Source of the DNA: Candidatus Latescibacterota bacterium
Lineage (GTDB): Bacteria > Latescibacterota > UBA2968
Direction: 5' to 3'
Length of the DNA stretch: 64,000 nt
Assembly: GCA_965204375.1 (NCBI GenBank)
Contig: OZ241986.1
Location: forward strand, 2,272,001 to 2,336,000
A model generated the notes under the pieces. That model saw only the letters and a list, made by a program, of their open reading frames with translations, had not been told where the DNA came from and did no database searches. Below, one piece after another: positions 30,943 through 39,654 of this stretch; positions within the stretch are counted from its first letter, which is position 1, and each line of letters begins with the position of its first letter. A program made the translations under genes and the position numbers.

Positions 30943-33900
30943 TCACTCGCCAATAAAAAATATCACCGTCTTCTCAGCGGTTTGCTCGCCATTCAAATCG
31001 GTAATCGCGACCGCAATTTCATAACGCCCCGGTTTTGACTCGCCCGGGTCAATCTCCAGATAATTGTACTCGTCAGACCCTGTACCCGTCCGCTCATAAG
31101 AAATCGTAACAACTGCTTTTTCTTCAATACCGAGCAAACGCCCCAGCGCCCGCAAAACCTGCACACCACTGAGTTTGCCTTCCCGGGGCGTAATGCGGTA
31201 ATCCACGCGATATTTCGTCTGCCCAAAATCGTCGATTTTCAAATCGTAAACTTCGTAGTAAATAACAACCGGCTGCCCGGTCTTATAGGTGCGCGACGGC
31301 AGCGAAATAACCTCGACCCCGCCTTTATCAGTAGCCGAAGAATCTACTTGCACCCTTCCCGCAAGCTCTATATCGCTTATCTTGAGCCCGGCGACCGCAT
31401 AATCCTCCACCACGAGTTCCTGCGTATATCCCCCCCGACGTCCCGATGCGGGATGATTGATCTGAAGCCCCAAATAATATCGCCCGGGCAAAACCTGAAG
31501 CGCGAGTTCATCTATCGCCAGTGTACCGGCCTCAACACCGCCCTCATCCACGCGCACCGGCATCGGTTCCAGCTTGCGATAAACCGGTGTCCAGCTACTG
31601 TCAAAAAGCGCGATACCGCGCTCAAAAGCGACCTCTGTAGCCCCATCATCAATCGCATCTAAAACCGGCACGCCATAATACACCTCCAGCCGAGATTTAT
31701 CATCTGCGCCTCTGAAATCTGCCGAAGCATAGTGAAAATCCAACACGCCCTTGCCAAAGGGCACATAGCGATCGGGTTGCACATTCACCGCCCGTGAAAT
31801 AACGACCTCGGGCCGCGTATCTTCCCAAAACCTCTGGTTAAACCGCGCAATTTTTCGCCCCTGAGAAACATCGGGAAAATCGAAATCTCCCCTCGGCGTC
31901 AGCGCCGTAAAAACGACTTCAATACCCCCGCCCACATCCGGATAGATCCAGTATTCCCACGGCTCGCTTCCATTGACCGGATAAAGCGGTATTCCCCGCA
32001 TCGGACGCTCGCTCATACCCGGACGATCCCGCCCGAAGAGTTCCTTGCCGCGAACATAAGTATTCACATCATCGGTCCTCCTGGCAAAAAACACGCGATT
32101 GGGATTCATCTCAAAATCGATAGACTCGAAATCACTGACCGAGACCACCTCTCCCAACTCAGACTCGATCTCGACATCGCGCGTCGATGTGCGCAACCGA
32201 CCTATCCGCGCGATAATTTCCTGCTTGGCCTCTGGCGACAGCGCCGCTATCAACCGCTCCTTTACCCGCACGACCTCCGCATCTGTCTCAAACCGAATAT
32301 CCGATCTTTTACTCACATGCGCGGGTTCGCCATAGCGGATATACACATCGCCGCGCCTGTCCCATTTTCGTCCATCTTTTGAAAAATTCTGCAACACATA
32401 AACAACGCGCCGATAGTGCTCGACCAACCGCTCGTTGCCAGGTGTTGCTGGCGTGGGATCGCGCTTTTGCCAGAACGCCCGAACAAACTGCGCCCGCTCT
32501 TCGGGTTCCATACCCTGGTACGCCGTCAATTCCTCTTGACCCGCCACGAGTGAAATATCTTCCACGCGCGCGCGCGCCTCATCGCTGAGCGTGCGCAACT
32601 CCTCTGCAATCAGCGCGTGCGCTTTCCCCGTTTCCCCAATATTGAGATACGCATCCAGCAGTGGATGCACGCATAAACTGCGGAAATCGGGCCGCGCCTC
32701 CATCAATTCTCGCCAAATAACCGTAGCCGAATCAATATGCCCTTGTTTGAACAACACGCGTCCAAAGTCAAAGCGCGCCCTCGCAAACAGGGGATCCACG
32801 GCAATCTGCCGACTATACGCAACCGCACTCTCGGCAAGTTCGCCCCTGCGCTCCAACACCCGCCCCATCATATAATGGAGAAAAGGATGGGTTGAATCTC
32901 GTTCAACAGCCGCTTTCAGATATTCCAAACCCTCGCCCTTCCCGGAAAGAAAACGCGCCAGTTCTGCATTTGTCCAATACGCGGCCTCTTGAAATTTTTC
33001 AACAGCACCATTCCAATCGCCGCGCCCCATCCTCACAATCCCCATAGCATTGCGCGCTTCGGGCAAATCGGGAGCGACATCGAGCGCCTTTCGCACCCAA
33101 ACCTCGCCTTCGACCAGCCCCCCACTCTCAAGCGCGACCACAGCTCTGGCAGTCAACGCCTGTGGATCACGCGAATCTTCAGCCAGCACAAAATCGACCA
33201 TATCGCGCGCCATGCTCACCGCAAGCGTATCCACCTCGGGCAAACGCTCGCCAAACGTCTTGTCAACGCGCTTCTTGAGCGTTTCCTCGAGACCTATCGC
33301 CCGCAACATCGCCATCCCAACCTCGCGATTGCCCAATCCCACGACCGATGCGACATAAGCCTGTGCGAAAAGTGGCGCCCGCTCGAGATAATGTCCGTAA
33401 ATAAAAGCTGCTCGTTCTCCCGCATCGACTTTCGCGTATTCCCGCACGGCCTCTGGCGTTGAAAAGCGTTCCAGAATTTTCTCCATAAGAGCCTGTTGCT
33501 GTGCCGTGAGCGATAATTCAACACGAGAACCCAGAATGAGAAAATTGCGTTGCGTGCGCGCAACCTGCTCCCCTGCACGCGCTTCAACGCTCAGCGTGTA
33601 CTCACCTGCGGGCAAACCGCGCAGCGGAATCCCCTCGACAAATTTTGCATCCGCGCGATATGTGGGAAATTCCCGCCGATGATCAAAAACGACATGATCG
33701 AAATGGTCGCGGACCTGAAAACGCACACCGTGGGCAAGCCGCCCGATCTCGTAAAGCTCGACATAAAAGTGCAGGGGCGCGCCATTCCCGGCCTCGCGCT
33801 CAGGTGCAGGCAAAAGAACCCGGCCCGCCTTGAAAAAAGAATCGGCTTCAAAATTCTGAGCAGGCGGATCTATTTCACTCACAAAAAACAGATCGCTAAA

Positions 33901-34359
33901 CGCAATCCGGCCCGTCTTATACTCGGGTACCTCAATAGAAAACACCGCCCGTCCCTGGCGGTCATTGCCCACGGCTTTGACTTCCAGAACCGCGTGATAA
34001 TACCCCGCTGGAACCTGGAATCGCGCGATATCATAGACAAAGTGTTCTGGATCGTCGATCCGCTCTGCAGAAGAAAAATTGCGCTCGCCCTCTATCCTCT
34101 TGACCGAATTGCCATTCTCATCGAACAACTCGAGCCGCGGAACATAACGCGCAACAAAAAGGCTATCACCTCGTGTCTCAAACGCGAGCTGCGCCGCAGG
34201 AAAACGGATAACAACCTCTTCATAAGGCCCATCGTCTCCGCGAAAACTACATGCATCAACGCCGAGCGCGAGACTGCCTTCCGAAGACACCCGTCCCTCT
34301 TCAGCAGTCGCCTGCAATGGGAGAAACGCGAGAAAAAGAAAAAAAAGTAAAAAGGACAT
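30943..34359 (-). CDS. GWxTD-domain protein with TPR repeats
   Basis: Signal peptide MSFLLFFLFLAFLPLQATA; TPR-like helices; FWQKRDPTPATPGNERLVEHYRR...DRRGDVYIRYGEP; YYEVYDL. Start uncertain (34359 or 34452). Confidence 0.8.
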   Translation of the reverse strand: MSFLLFFLFLAFLPLQATAEEGRVSSEGSLALGVDACSFRGDDGPYEEVVIRFPAAQLAFETRGDSLFVARYVPRLELFDENGNSVKRIEGERNFSSAERIDDPEHFVYDIARFQVPAGYYHAVLEVKAVGNDRQGRAVFSIEVPEYKTGRIAFSDLFFVSEIDPPAQNFEADSFFKAGRVLLPAPEREAGNGAPLHFYVELYEIGRLAHGVRFQVRDHFDHVVFDHRREFPTYRADAKFVEGIPLRGLPAGEYTLSVEARAGEQVARTQRNFLILGSRVELSLTAQQQALMEKILERFSTPEAVREYAKVDAGERAAFIYGHYLERAPLFAQAYVASVVGLGNREVGMAMLRAIGLEETLKKRVDKTFGERLPEVDTLAVSMARDMVDFVLAEDSRDPQALTARAVVALESGGLVEGEVWVRKALDVAPDLPEARNAMGIVRMGRGDWNGAVEKFQEAAYWTNAELARFLSGKGEGLEYLKAAVERDSTHPFLHYMMGRVLERRGELAESAVAYSRQIAVDPLFARARFDFGRVLFKQGHIDSATVIWRELMEARPDFRSLCVHPLLDAYLNIGETGKAHALIAEELRTLSDEARARVEDISLVAGQEELTAYQGMEPEERAQFVRAFWQKRDPTPATPGNERLVEHYRRVVYVLQNFSKDGRKWDRRGDVYIRYGEPAHVSKRSDIRFETDAEVVRVKERLIAALSPEAKQEIIARIGRLRTSTRDVEIESELGEVVSVSDFESIDFEMNPNRVFFARRTDDVNTYVRGKELFGRDRPGMSERPMRGIPLYPVNGSEPWEYWIYPDVGGGIEVVFTALTPRGDFDFPDVSQGRKIARFNQRFWEDTRPEVVISRAVNVQPDRYVPFGKGVLDFHYASADFRGADDKSRLEVYYGVPVLDAIDDGATEVAFERGIALFDSSWTPVYRKLEPMPVRVDEGGVEAGTLAIDELALQVLPGRYYLGLQINHPASGRRGGYTQELVVEDYAVAGLKISDIELAGRVQVDSSATDKGGVEVISLPSRTYKTGQPVVIYYEVYDLKIDDFGQTKYRVDYRITPREGKLSGVQVLRALGRLLGIEEKAVVTISYERTGTGSDEYNYLEIDPGESKPGRYEIAVAITDLNGEQTAEKTVIFFIGE

Positions 34360-34452
34360 AGTGGTACTCTCAAAATCGCTCACATCCTGCCATGAATCAT
34401 TCATCAAAGCGGTAACAGTTCTGGGACCACCGTCAATTGCCAGATCAGACAT
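34360..34452 (-). pseudogene. N-terminal relic resembling a DegT/DnrJ/EryC1/StrS aminotransferase, in frame with the GWxTD gene
   Basis: MSDLAIDGGPRTVT...WQDVSDFE resembles the LAIxGG-P start of DegT-family enzymes. Confidence 0.5.
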
Positions 34453-34550
34453 TTTTCCGATCCTCTCAATGGGCGAGTTTATGCGATATATCACAATATA
34501 GTGCAAGTCAGTCTCATAAAGCAATCTATCTCGACATTTAAGTTGAGTAA

Positions 34551-34590
34551 AAATAAAACCGATCCCTATAAAATCAGAGATCGGTTTTTG
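34551..34590 (-). terminator. Rho-independent terminator after the sigma-Rieske operon
   Basis: AAAACCGATC / GATCGGTTTT stem. Confidence 0.65.
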
Positions 34591-34634
34591 TTATTGTGAT
34601 AAATATTTAGCGACAACTCCTGGTCGCTCACTCC

Positions 34635-35084
34635 TTAAAACAAAATCGTCAACGCCTGTGTTCCATTATCATAATTACTCTCAAACCGCGGCAAAGGCGC
34701 GTTAGCAGGTCCTCGCAGAACCGCCCCTGTTGTCCTATCAAATCTCGCACCGTGGCATGAACACCAGATTTGCGGATCGCGATCCCCCGGCAAATCCACC
34801 TCACACGCCTCATGTGTACACACAGAACTCAAAACCACAAAATTTTCTTCGGCAGCGCGGAAAATAATCACGGGCGCGCCGCCATTTTGCCCTTCAAAAA
34901 CTTGTTTCACAGACCCTCCCACCTGTGCCAACGCAGGCGCGCTACCCACATCAAATTGCACACTCACACCAGACGACTTCAACACATCATTCTCACATCC
35001 CGAAAACCATCCGGCGCACATGCACCCCCCCACAAGCGCGAGGGCCTGTGTCAAAAACGCTCTTCTTTCAGTCTGATCATCCAC
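34635..35084 (-). CDS. Rieske [2Fe-2S] protein, probable Tat-exported (lipo)protein
   Basis: ERRAFL twin-arginine leader, FSGC, CTHEAC and CSCHGARF; GGAGG RBS before GTG 35084. Confidence 0.88.
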   Translation of the reverse strand: MDDQTERRAFLTQALALVGGCMCAGWFSGCENDVLKSSGVSVQFDVGSAPALAQVGGSVKQVFEGQNGGAPVIIFRAAEENFVVLSSVCTHEACEVDLPGDRDPQIWCSCHGARFDRTTGAVLRGPANAPLPRFESNYDNGTQALTILF

Positions 35085-35098
35085 TGATATGCCTCCTA

Positions 35099-35692
35099 TT
35101 ATGCCACAAGTGCCTTGTAAAACGGCCTCAACAACTTGCGGAGTTGGGCACGCGCCCGAAACAGACGCGATTTTACAGTGCCCACCGAACACCCCTCAAC
35201 ACGGGCAATCTCCTCATATGACAGCCCATTTAACTCGCGCAACACCAGCACAGACCGAAAAATGGGCGGCATCTGCGCCATCGCATGTGCCAAAACATCG
35301 CGCAACTCGCCCTGCTCTACCCTGTAATCCGTTCGCTTTGGCCCTGCAAACAGAGCTTCATCGTCTGCTTGTCTGCACCACCACTCATCATCCATCTTGA
35401 CGTCATATTTGCGCTGTTGCGACTTAATCCAATCCAGACAACAATTGATACTGATGCGATACAACCAGGTGGAAAACAGCGATTTTCCCTTAAATTTGTC
35501 AAGCGACTGAAACGCCTTGACAAACGCGAGCTGTGCCAGATCATCGGCATCTTCCCTATTGCCCACCATGCCAAACGCCGTATGAAAAATCCGCACATGG
35601 TGCCGCCGAACCAATTCAGAAAACGCTCTGGCCTGCCCCTTTTGAGCATACCCAACGAGCAATTTATCGTCGCATGTTGACCAATTGAGCAC
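35099..35692 (-). CDS. ECF sigma-70 factor (RpoE-like)
   Basis: DADDLAQLAFVKAF, FSTWLYRISIN, GLSYEEIA, GTVKSRLFRAR. Confidence 0.95.
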   Translation of the reverse strand: MLNWSTCDDKLLVGYAQKGQARAFSELVRRHHVRIFHTAFGMVGNREDADDLAQLAFVKAFQSLDKFKGKSLFSTWLYRISINCCLDWIKSQQRKYDVKMDDEWWCRQADDEALFAGPKRTDYRVEQGELRDVLAHAMAQMPPIFRSVLVLRELNGLSYEEIARVEGCSVGTVKSRLFRARAQLRKLLRPFYKALVA

Positions 35693-35797
35693 AGAAAATC
35701 TCCCGCCTAAAATTCGATAGTCAAATCAAAAGATACACTTTGGCGCCTACCGTAGTGATAAAATTCGTCATTTGAAAAATTGCACAGCTACAGTGTT

Positions 35798-35825
35798 TTA
35801 GACAAGCGACAGCCCACTTCGTTCC
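35798..35825 (-). promoter_or_regulatory. ECF-type (sigmaE-like) autoregulatory promoter
   Basis: GGAAC-N17-GTCTAA on the minus strand ~105 bp upstream of the ECF gene. Confidence 0.7.
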
Positions 35826-36127
35826 CATGAAAATTGTAATAAATTGTTAAAATTTTACAGTTTGTACACTTAAAAAGACCGACAGGATCCGCTTCGCTAC
35901 ATCCTGAAATATGGCGATATCTATACAGCAATATCCCCACATCCTTGCAGAATTGATCCCCGGTCTTGTATCCTTAGATCAGAAAATGGCCGTGCGCGTT
36001 CCATACAGACTCAAAAAAAATCGACCTATTATTATTGATCCCTTTTCCGCTTGCGATAGTGGGAGTATGGCATTAGGTTAAGCACCGATATTTCGAGAAC
36101 AATACTGGAATAGGAAAGGAGCGAGTA

Positions 36128-36946
36128 ATGATTCGGTTGGGAACAATGACGAGTGTGTGTCCGGATTGGTCTGTTGAGCAGATTATCGATGGGATGCAGC
36201 GCCATGGATTCGAAGGATTGGAGCCTCGCGCGGGATGGGGACACGCCTCGGGTTTTGAACTGGACATGCCTGCGGCTGCGCGAGATGCTGCGCGGGCGAA
36301 AATGGAAGATGCCGGACTAAAAATATCCTGTGTAGCTACCGGGGCAAAATTTGCCGCAGAAGACCCAGCAGATCTGGACAAATCCATCGCCGAGGCCAAC
36401 GCTGCAATAGATCTCGCGGCTGATCTGGGGGCCGGATTGATCCGCACATTTGGCGGCGCACGCGGTAAAGGCGAAATATTCTGGATGGTAAACCGCACCG
36501 CTGAGGCATACAAGCGCGTAATGGATCACGCGGCCGAGCGCGGCGTCATAGTAATGATGGAAACACACGACGAGTGGTGTGTCTCGACGCAAGTACGCGC
36601 AGTGGTTGAAAAAGTAAATCATCCCAATCTGGGCGTATTGTGGGACCTGATGCACCCACAGCGCCACATGGAACGCCCCGAAGAAACCATGCAGACGATT
36701 GGTGCGATGACCAAACACCTGCACGCACACGACGGGCGTTATGACACCGAAAATGGAAAAATTACCACAGTCGCTCTGGGCGAAGGCGACCTGGATTACG
36801 TCACCCCCTTAAAATTATTGCACGATGCCGGATTTGACGGCTTCTTTTCCGTGGAAGTAATCCACAAGGCCGGCAGCGATCACGACGCAGATGCAACCCT
36901 GAAAGCTTATGGCGATGGGTTCAGAAAAATTGTCGAAAATTTTTAA
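36128..36946 (+). CDS. Sugar phosphate isomerase/epimerase (xylose-isomerase-like TIM barrel)
   Basis: GFEGLE, METHD, LWDLMH, HLHAHD, SVE. Confidence 0.88.
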   Translation: MIRLGTMTSVCPDWSVEQIIDGMQRHGFEGLEPRAGWGHASGFELDMPAAARDAARAKMEDAGLKISCVATGAKFAAEDPADLDKSIAEANAAIDLAADLGAGLIRTFGGARGKGEIFWMVNRTAEAYKRVMDHAAERGVIVMMETHDEWCVSTQVRAVVEKVNHPNLGVLWDLMHPQRHMERPEETMQTIGAMTKHLHAHDGRYDTENGKITTVALGEGDLDYVTPLKLLHDAGFDGFFSVEVIHKAGSDHDADATLKAYGDGFRKIVENF

Positions 36947-36958
36947 TTGGAGAATAGC

Positions 36959-38383
36959 ATGGCAAAACAGAATGTAATTTTATTTGGAATCGATAGTTTG
37001 TGGTCCGATCACATGAGCTGTTACGGTTATAATCGGCTCACGACGCCACATATCGACAAATTTGCCACACAGGGCGTCTTGTTCGAAAACACATTTAGCG
37101 CGCATATACCCACCACACCGGCCTATGCGTCAATGCTGACGGGAATGGATTGTTTTTCGACCGATGTCGTGGCACTGCGCCACCGCGGCGGATTGACAGA
37201 AGATGTCACCACCTTGCCCGAAATTTTGAGCGGAGAAGGCTATGAAACCGTGTGTGTGGGCTTTACGGGAAATCCGAGTTCTCGCGGCTTTGACGAATAT
37301 GTAAACTTCAGAGCGTGGGGAAGTTGGGACGAACGTCCGCTGCGCAAAGCCGAATTGCTCAACGAAGTAACATTGCCCGAACTGGAACGCCTGGCCGCGG
37401 GCGACAAACCGTTTTTCCTATTTTTGCGACACATGGACCCGCATGCGCCCTATTTGCCGCCGCCACCGTACGATTCGATGTTCTACAGCAAAGACCCGTG
37501 CGACCCGTCCAAAACCACCATGGAACCGGTCAAAGCATTCAAGCCCTTCCGAGATTTCCATTTGAGCTGGATGCCGCCGGGCATTACCGACGCCGATTTT
37601 GTAGTGGCGCAATACGACGGTGAAATCGCCTATATGGACGCGTGTATCCAGCACCTGCTCACCCGTGTTGATGAACTGGGGCTGAGAGATAATACCCTCG
37701 TCGTAATCAACGGCGACCACGGCGAGACCCTCGACGAACACGATTGCTATTTTGATCACCACGGGATGTATGAATGCACCTTGAAAGTACCCCTCGCAAT
37801 GCGCCTGCCCGGGAGCTTGCCCGAAGGCGTGCGCGTGAAGGGCTACAATCAGCACAAAGATCTGACGCCCACGATTTTGGAACTCCTGAATGTAGAAACA
37901 GACATCGCGTTTGACGGTCGTAGCTTGATCCCGATGGTTGAGGGAAAACGCCACACGCACGAATCGGAATTTTATATTACCGAGTGTACATGGATGCGAA
38001 AACACGGCTGGCGCACACCCGAGTGGAAGCTGATCGTGGCATTGGAACCCGACTTCCATTTTAAGCCCGAAGTGGAGCTTTACAATCTGATTCAGGACCC
38101 GGGCGAGACCACAAATCTCGCAGACAAAGAACCCGAAATGGTCGCCCTGTTGCGCGGACGGATGGAAGCCTATATTGCCAAACGCGAAAAAGAAGTGGGC
38201 CATACCAATCCCATGTACACAAACCTGAACTGGCACGGCCGCAAAAATTACGACGGCCCCTTCAAATCCTCAGAAGACGCGTATAATTACATGCACATCG
38301 GCTCTGCCAGCCAGGCCGCACGGCTACAGGCGGGAAATAAGAAGGTGGAAGGCACGGTTGAAGAGAAGACGAAAGACGAATAA
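36959..38383 (+). CDS. Sulfatase-like alkaline-phosphatase-superfamily hydrolase with non-canonical signature
   Basis: DSL..DH, PTTPAYASMLTG, DPHAPY, YDGEI, GDHGE, ELYNL..DPGE. Confidence 0.88.
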   Translation: MAKQNVILFGIDSLWSDHMSCYGYNRLTTPHIDKFATQGVLFENTFSAHIPTTPAYASMLTGMDCFSTDVVALRHRGGLTEDVTTLPEILSGEGYETVCVGFTGNPSSRGFDEYVNFRAWGSWDERPLRKAELLNEVTLPELERLAAGDKPFFLFLRHMDPHAPYLPPPPYDSMFYSKDPCDPSKTTMEPVKAFKPFRDFHLSWMPPGITDADFVVAQYDGEIAYMDACIQHLLTRVDELGLRDNTLVVINGDHGETLDEHDCYFDHHGMYECTLKVPLAMRLPGSLPEGVRVKGYNQHKDLTPTILELLNVETDIAFDGRSLIPMVEGKRHTHESEFYITECTWMRKHGWRTPEWKLIVALEPDFHFKPEVELYNLIQDPGETTNLADKEPEMVALLRGRMEAYIAKREKEVGHTNPMYTNLNWHGRKNYDGPFKSSEDAYNYMHIGSASQAARLQAGNKKVEGTVEEKTKDE

Positions 38384-38398
38384 AATAAAAGGGGCAAA

Positions 38399-38823
38399 GT
38401 GCCAACACAGGATGAATTGAAAGCATTGGCCTCTCTCCGATTACAGGAGGCAGAGACGCTGTACAATGCAGGCCAGGCCAGTATAATGGTAGTGTCTATC
38501 TTGCAGGATATGCCGTGGAACTCGCTTTGAAAGCCAGAATCTGTAAGGTATTGGGGTTGCGCGATTACCCGGATCAAGGGAAATTAAAGCCTGTCTATGC
38601 TGTTCACGACCTTGATCAACTGCTACTCCTCGCAGGTCTTAAACCAGAACTGGATTCCAACAATACAACATTGTTCAATAACTGGTCAACAGCGGTTCCG
38701 TGGAATCCTCTATGGCGATACGCAGCAACAGGTACCTATTCTCAGCAGGATGCCATTGATATGTTGGATGCAATCAGAGATCAAACAGATGGGGTCTTAC
38801 AATGGATCATGAAATACTGGTGA
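38399..38823 (+). pseudogene. HEPN-domain gene frameshifted by a 5-bp duplication
   Basis: GTG 38399 MPTQDELKALASLRLQEAETLYNAG; AGGCC duplicated at 38470-38479; removing one copy gives QYNGSVYLAGYAVELALKARIC...HDL...WRY. Confidence 0.8.
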
Positions 38824-39197
38824 ATCAACTTCGCCTGCTTCTTGATAAGCTGAGCGATAAACGGGGTCCTGTGGCACTCTTTATGCTCAATACATTTGGG
38901 CCTGGCTTTGCACAACCCTGGCACTTAATCGTCAGCGCCAAAAAATTTGACCAGCTTTCTCGCTCTGAAGCGATCAAGGAAATGACAACGCTCGTGCGGA
39001 AACATGGCGACGAATCTTTTTGGCGACCGCTTATTCGAATCACCGTTCTAAAAACCCAGGATCCATTTGTACGTTCTGTTAATGCCTCAATGCAGGTAAG
39101 CCCGAATGAGATAGAAACTATCTCTGACGCCACCGTAGCAGGATTTGAGATTCCATACGCTCTGTTGGTTCGTTCGCAAAGCGTAGTGGCTGCTTAG
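38802..39197 (+). CDS. Hypothetical protein, partner of the HEPN gene
   Basis: Overlaps the HEPN 3' end; WHLIVSA motif; no clear family. Confidence 0.6.
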   Translation: MDHEILVNQLRLLLDKLSDKRGPVALFMLNTFGPGFAQPWHLIVSAKKFDQLSRSEAIKEMTTLVRKHGDESFWRPLIRITVLKTQDPFVRSVNASMQVSPNEIETISDATVAGFEIPYALLVRSQSVVAA

Positions 39198-39229
39198 TGC
39201 ATGAAAATTGGTTGAGGTTCAATGCATCA

Positions 39230-39276
39230 ATGGCGATTGATAACATAACGTCCGAAGCGATTGAGATGATGAATCC
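39230..39276 (+). repeat. Diverged 47-bp copy of the 5' end of gene 42431..43564
   Basis: 38/47 nt identical to 42431-42477; MAIDNITSEAIEMMNP vs MAIDTITSEAIDLINP. Confidence 0.8.
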
Positions 39277-39553
39277 AAGAGTAAAAGATGTAACACCTCT
39301 TGCTGATTATCAGCTCAAAATTGCGTTTACAAATGATGAAACTGGCATCTATGACTGTCGTCCATTGCTGGATTTCGGTGTGTTCAAAGAACTGGCAGAT
39401 GAAGCTTATTTCCGCCAAGTTCGAGCAGAGGGCGGCACCGTCACATGGCCTCATGAGCAAGATATTTGTCCCGATACGGTTTATTTAGATTCAAGGATAT
39501 CGAGGACAGAGTGGTCCCATTGTCCTAGCCATCGTGCAACATTGGACATGTGA
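39230..39553 (+). CDS. DUF2442 family protein; native start probably MNP at 39266/39269
   Basis: MNPRVKDVTPLADYQLKIAFTN...GVFKEL...GTVTWPHEQDICPDTVY. Confidence 0.8.
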   Translation: MAIDNITSEAIEMMNPRVKDVTPLADYQLKIAFTNDETGIYDCRPLLDFGVFKELADEAYFRQVRAEGGTVTWPHEQDICPDTVYLDSRISRTEWSHCPSHRATLDM

Positions 39554-39654
39554 CTAAATATTCGGTGTTGTATAGAATAATATTGGATGCTATTAGCCGT
39601 TGGATTGCGTGCCGTAGTTGCAGCGAAATTTGACATCATGAGGAGATATTCGAT

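Noticed and set aside
35085-35192. N-terminal extension of the Rieske ORF
   Set aside because: Overlaps the sigma gene; RBS and Tat leader support GTG at 35084
35974-36002. Second ECF promoter GGAAC...TCTAA
   Set aside because: Spacing is longer than in the good match at 35798-35825; weak
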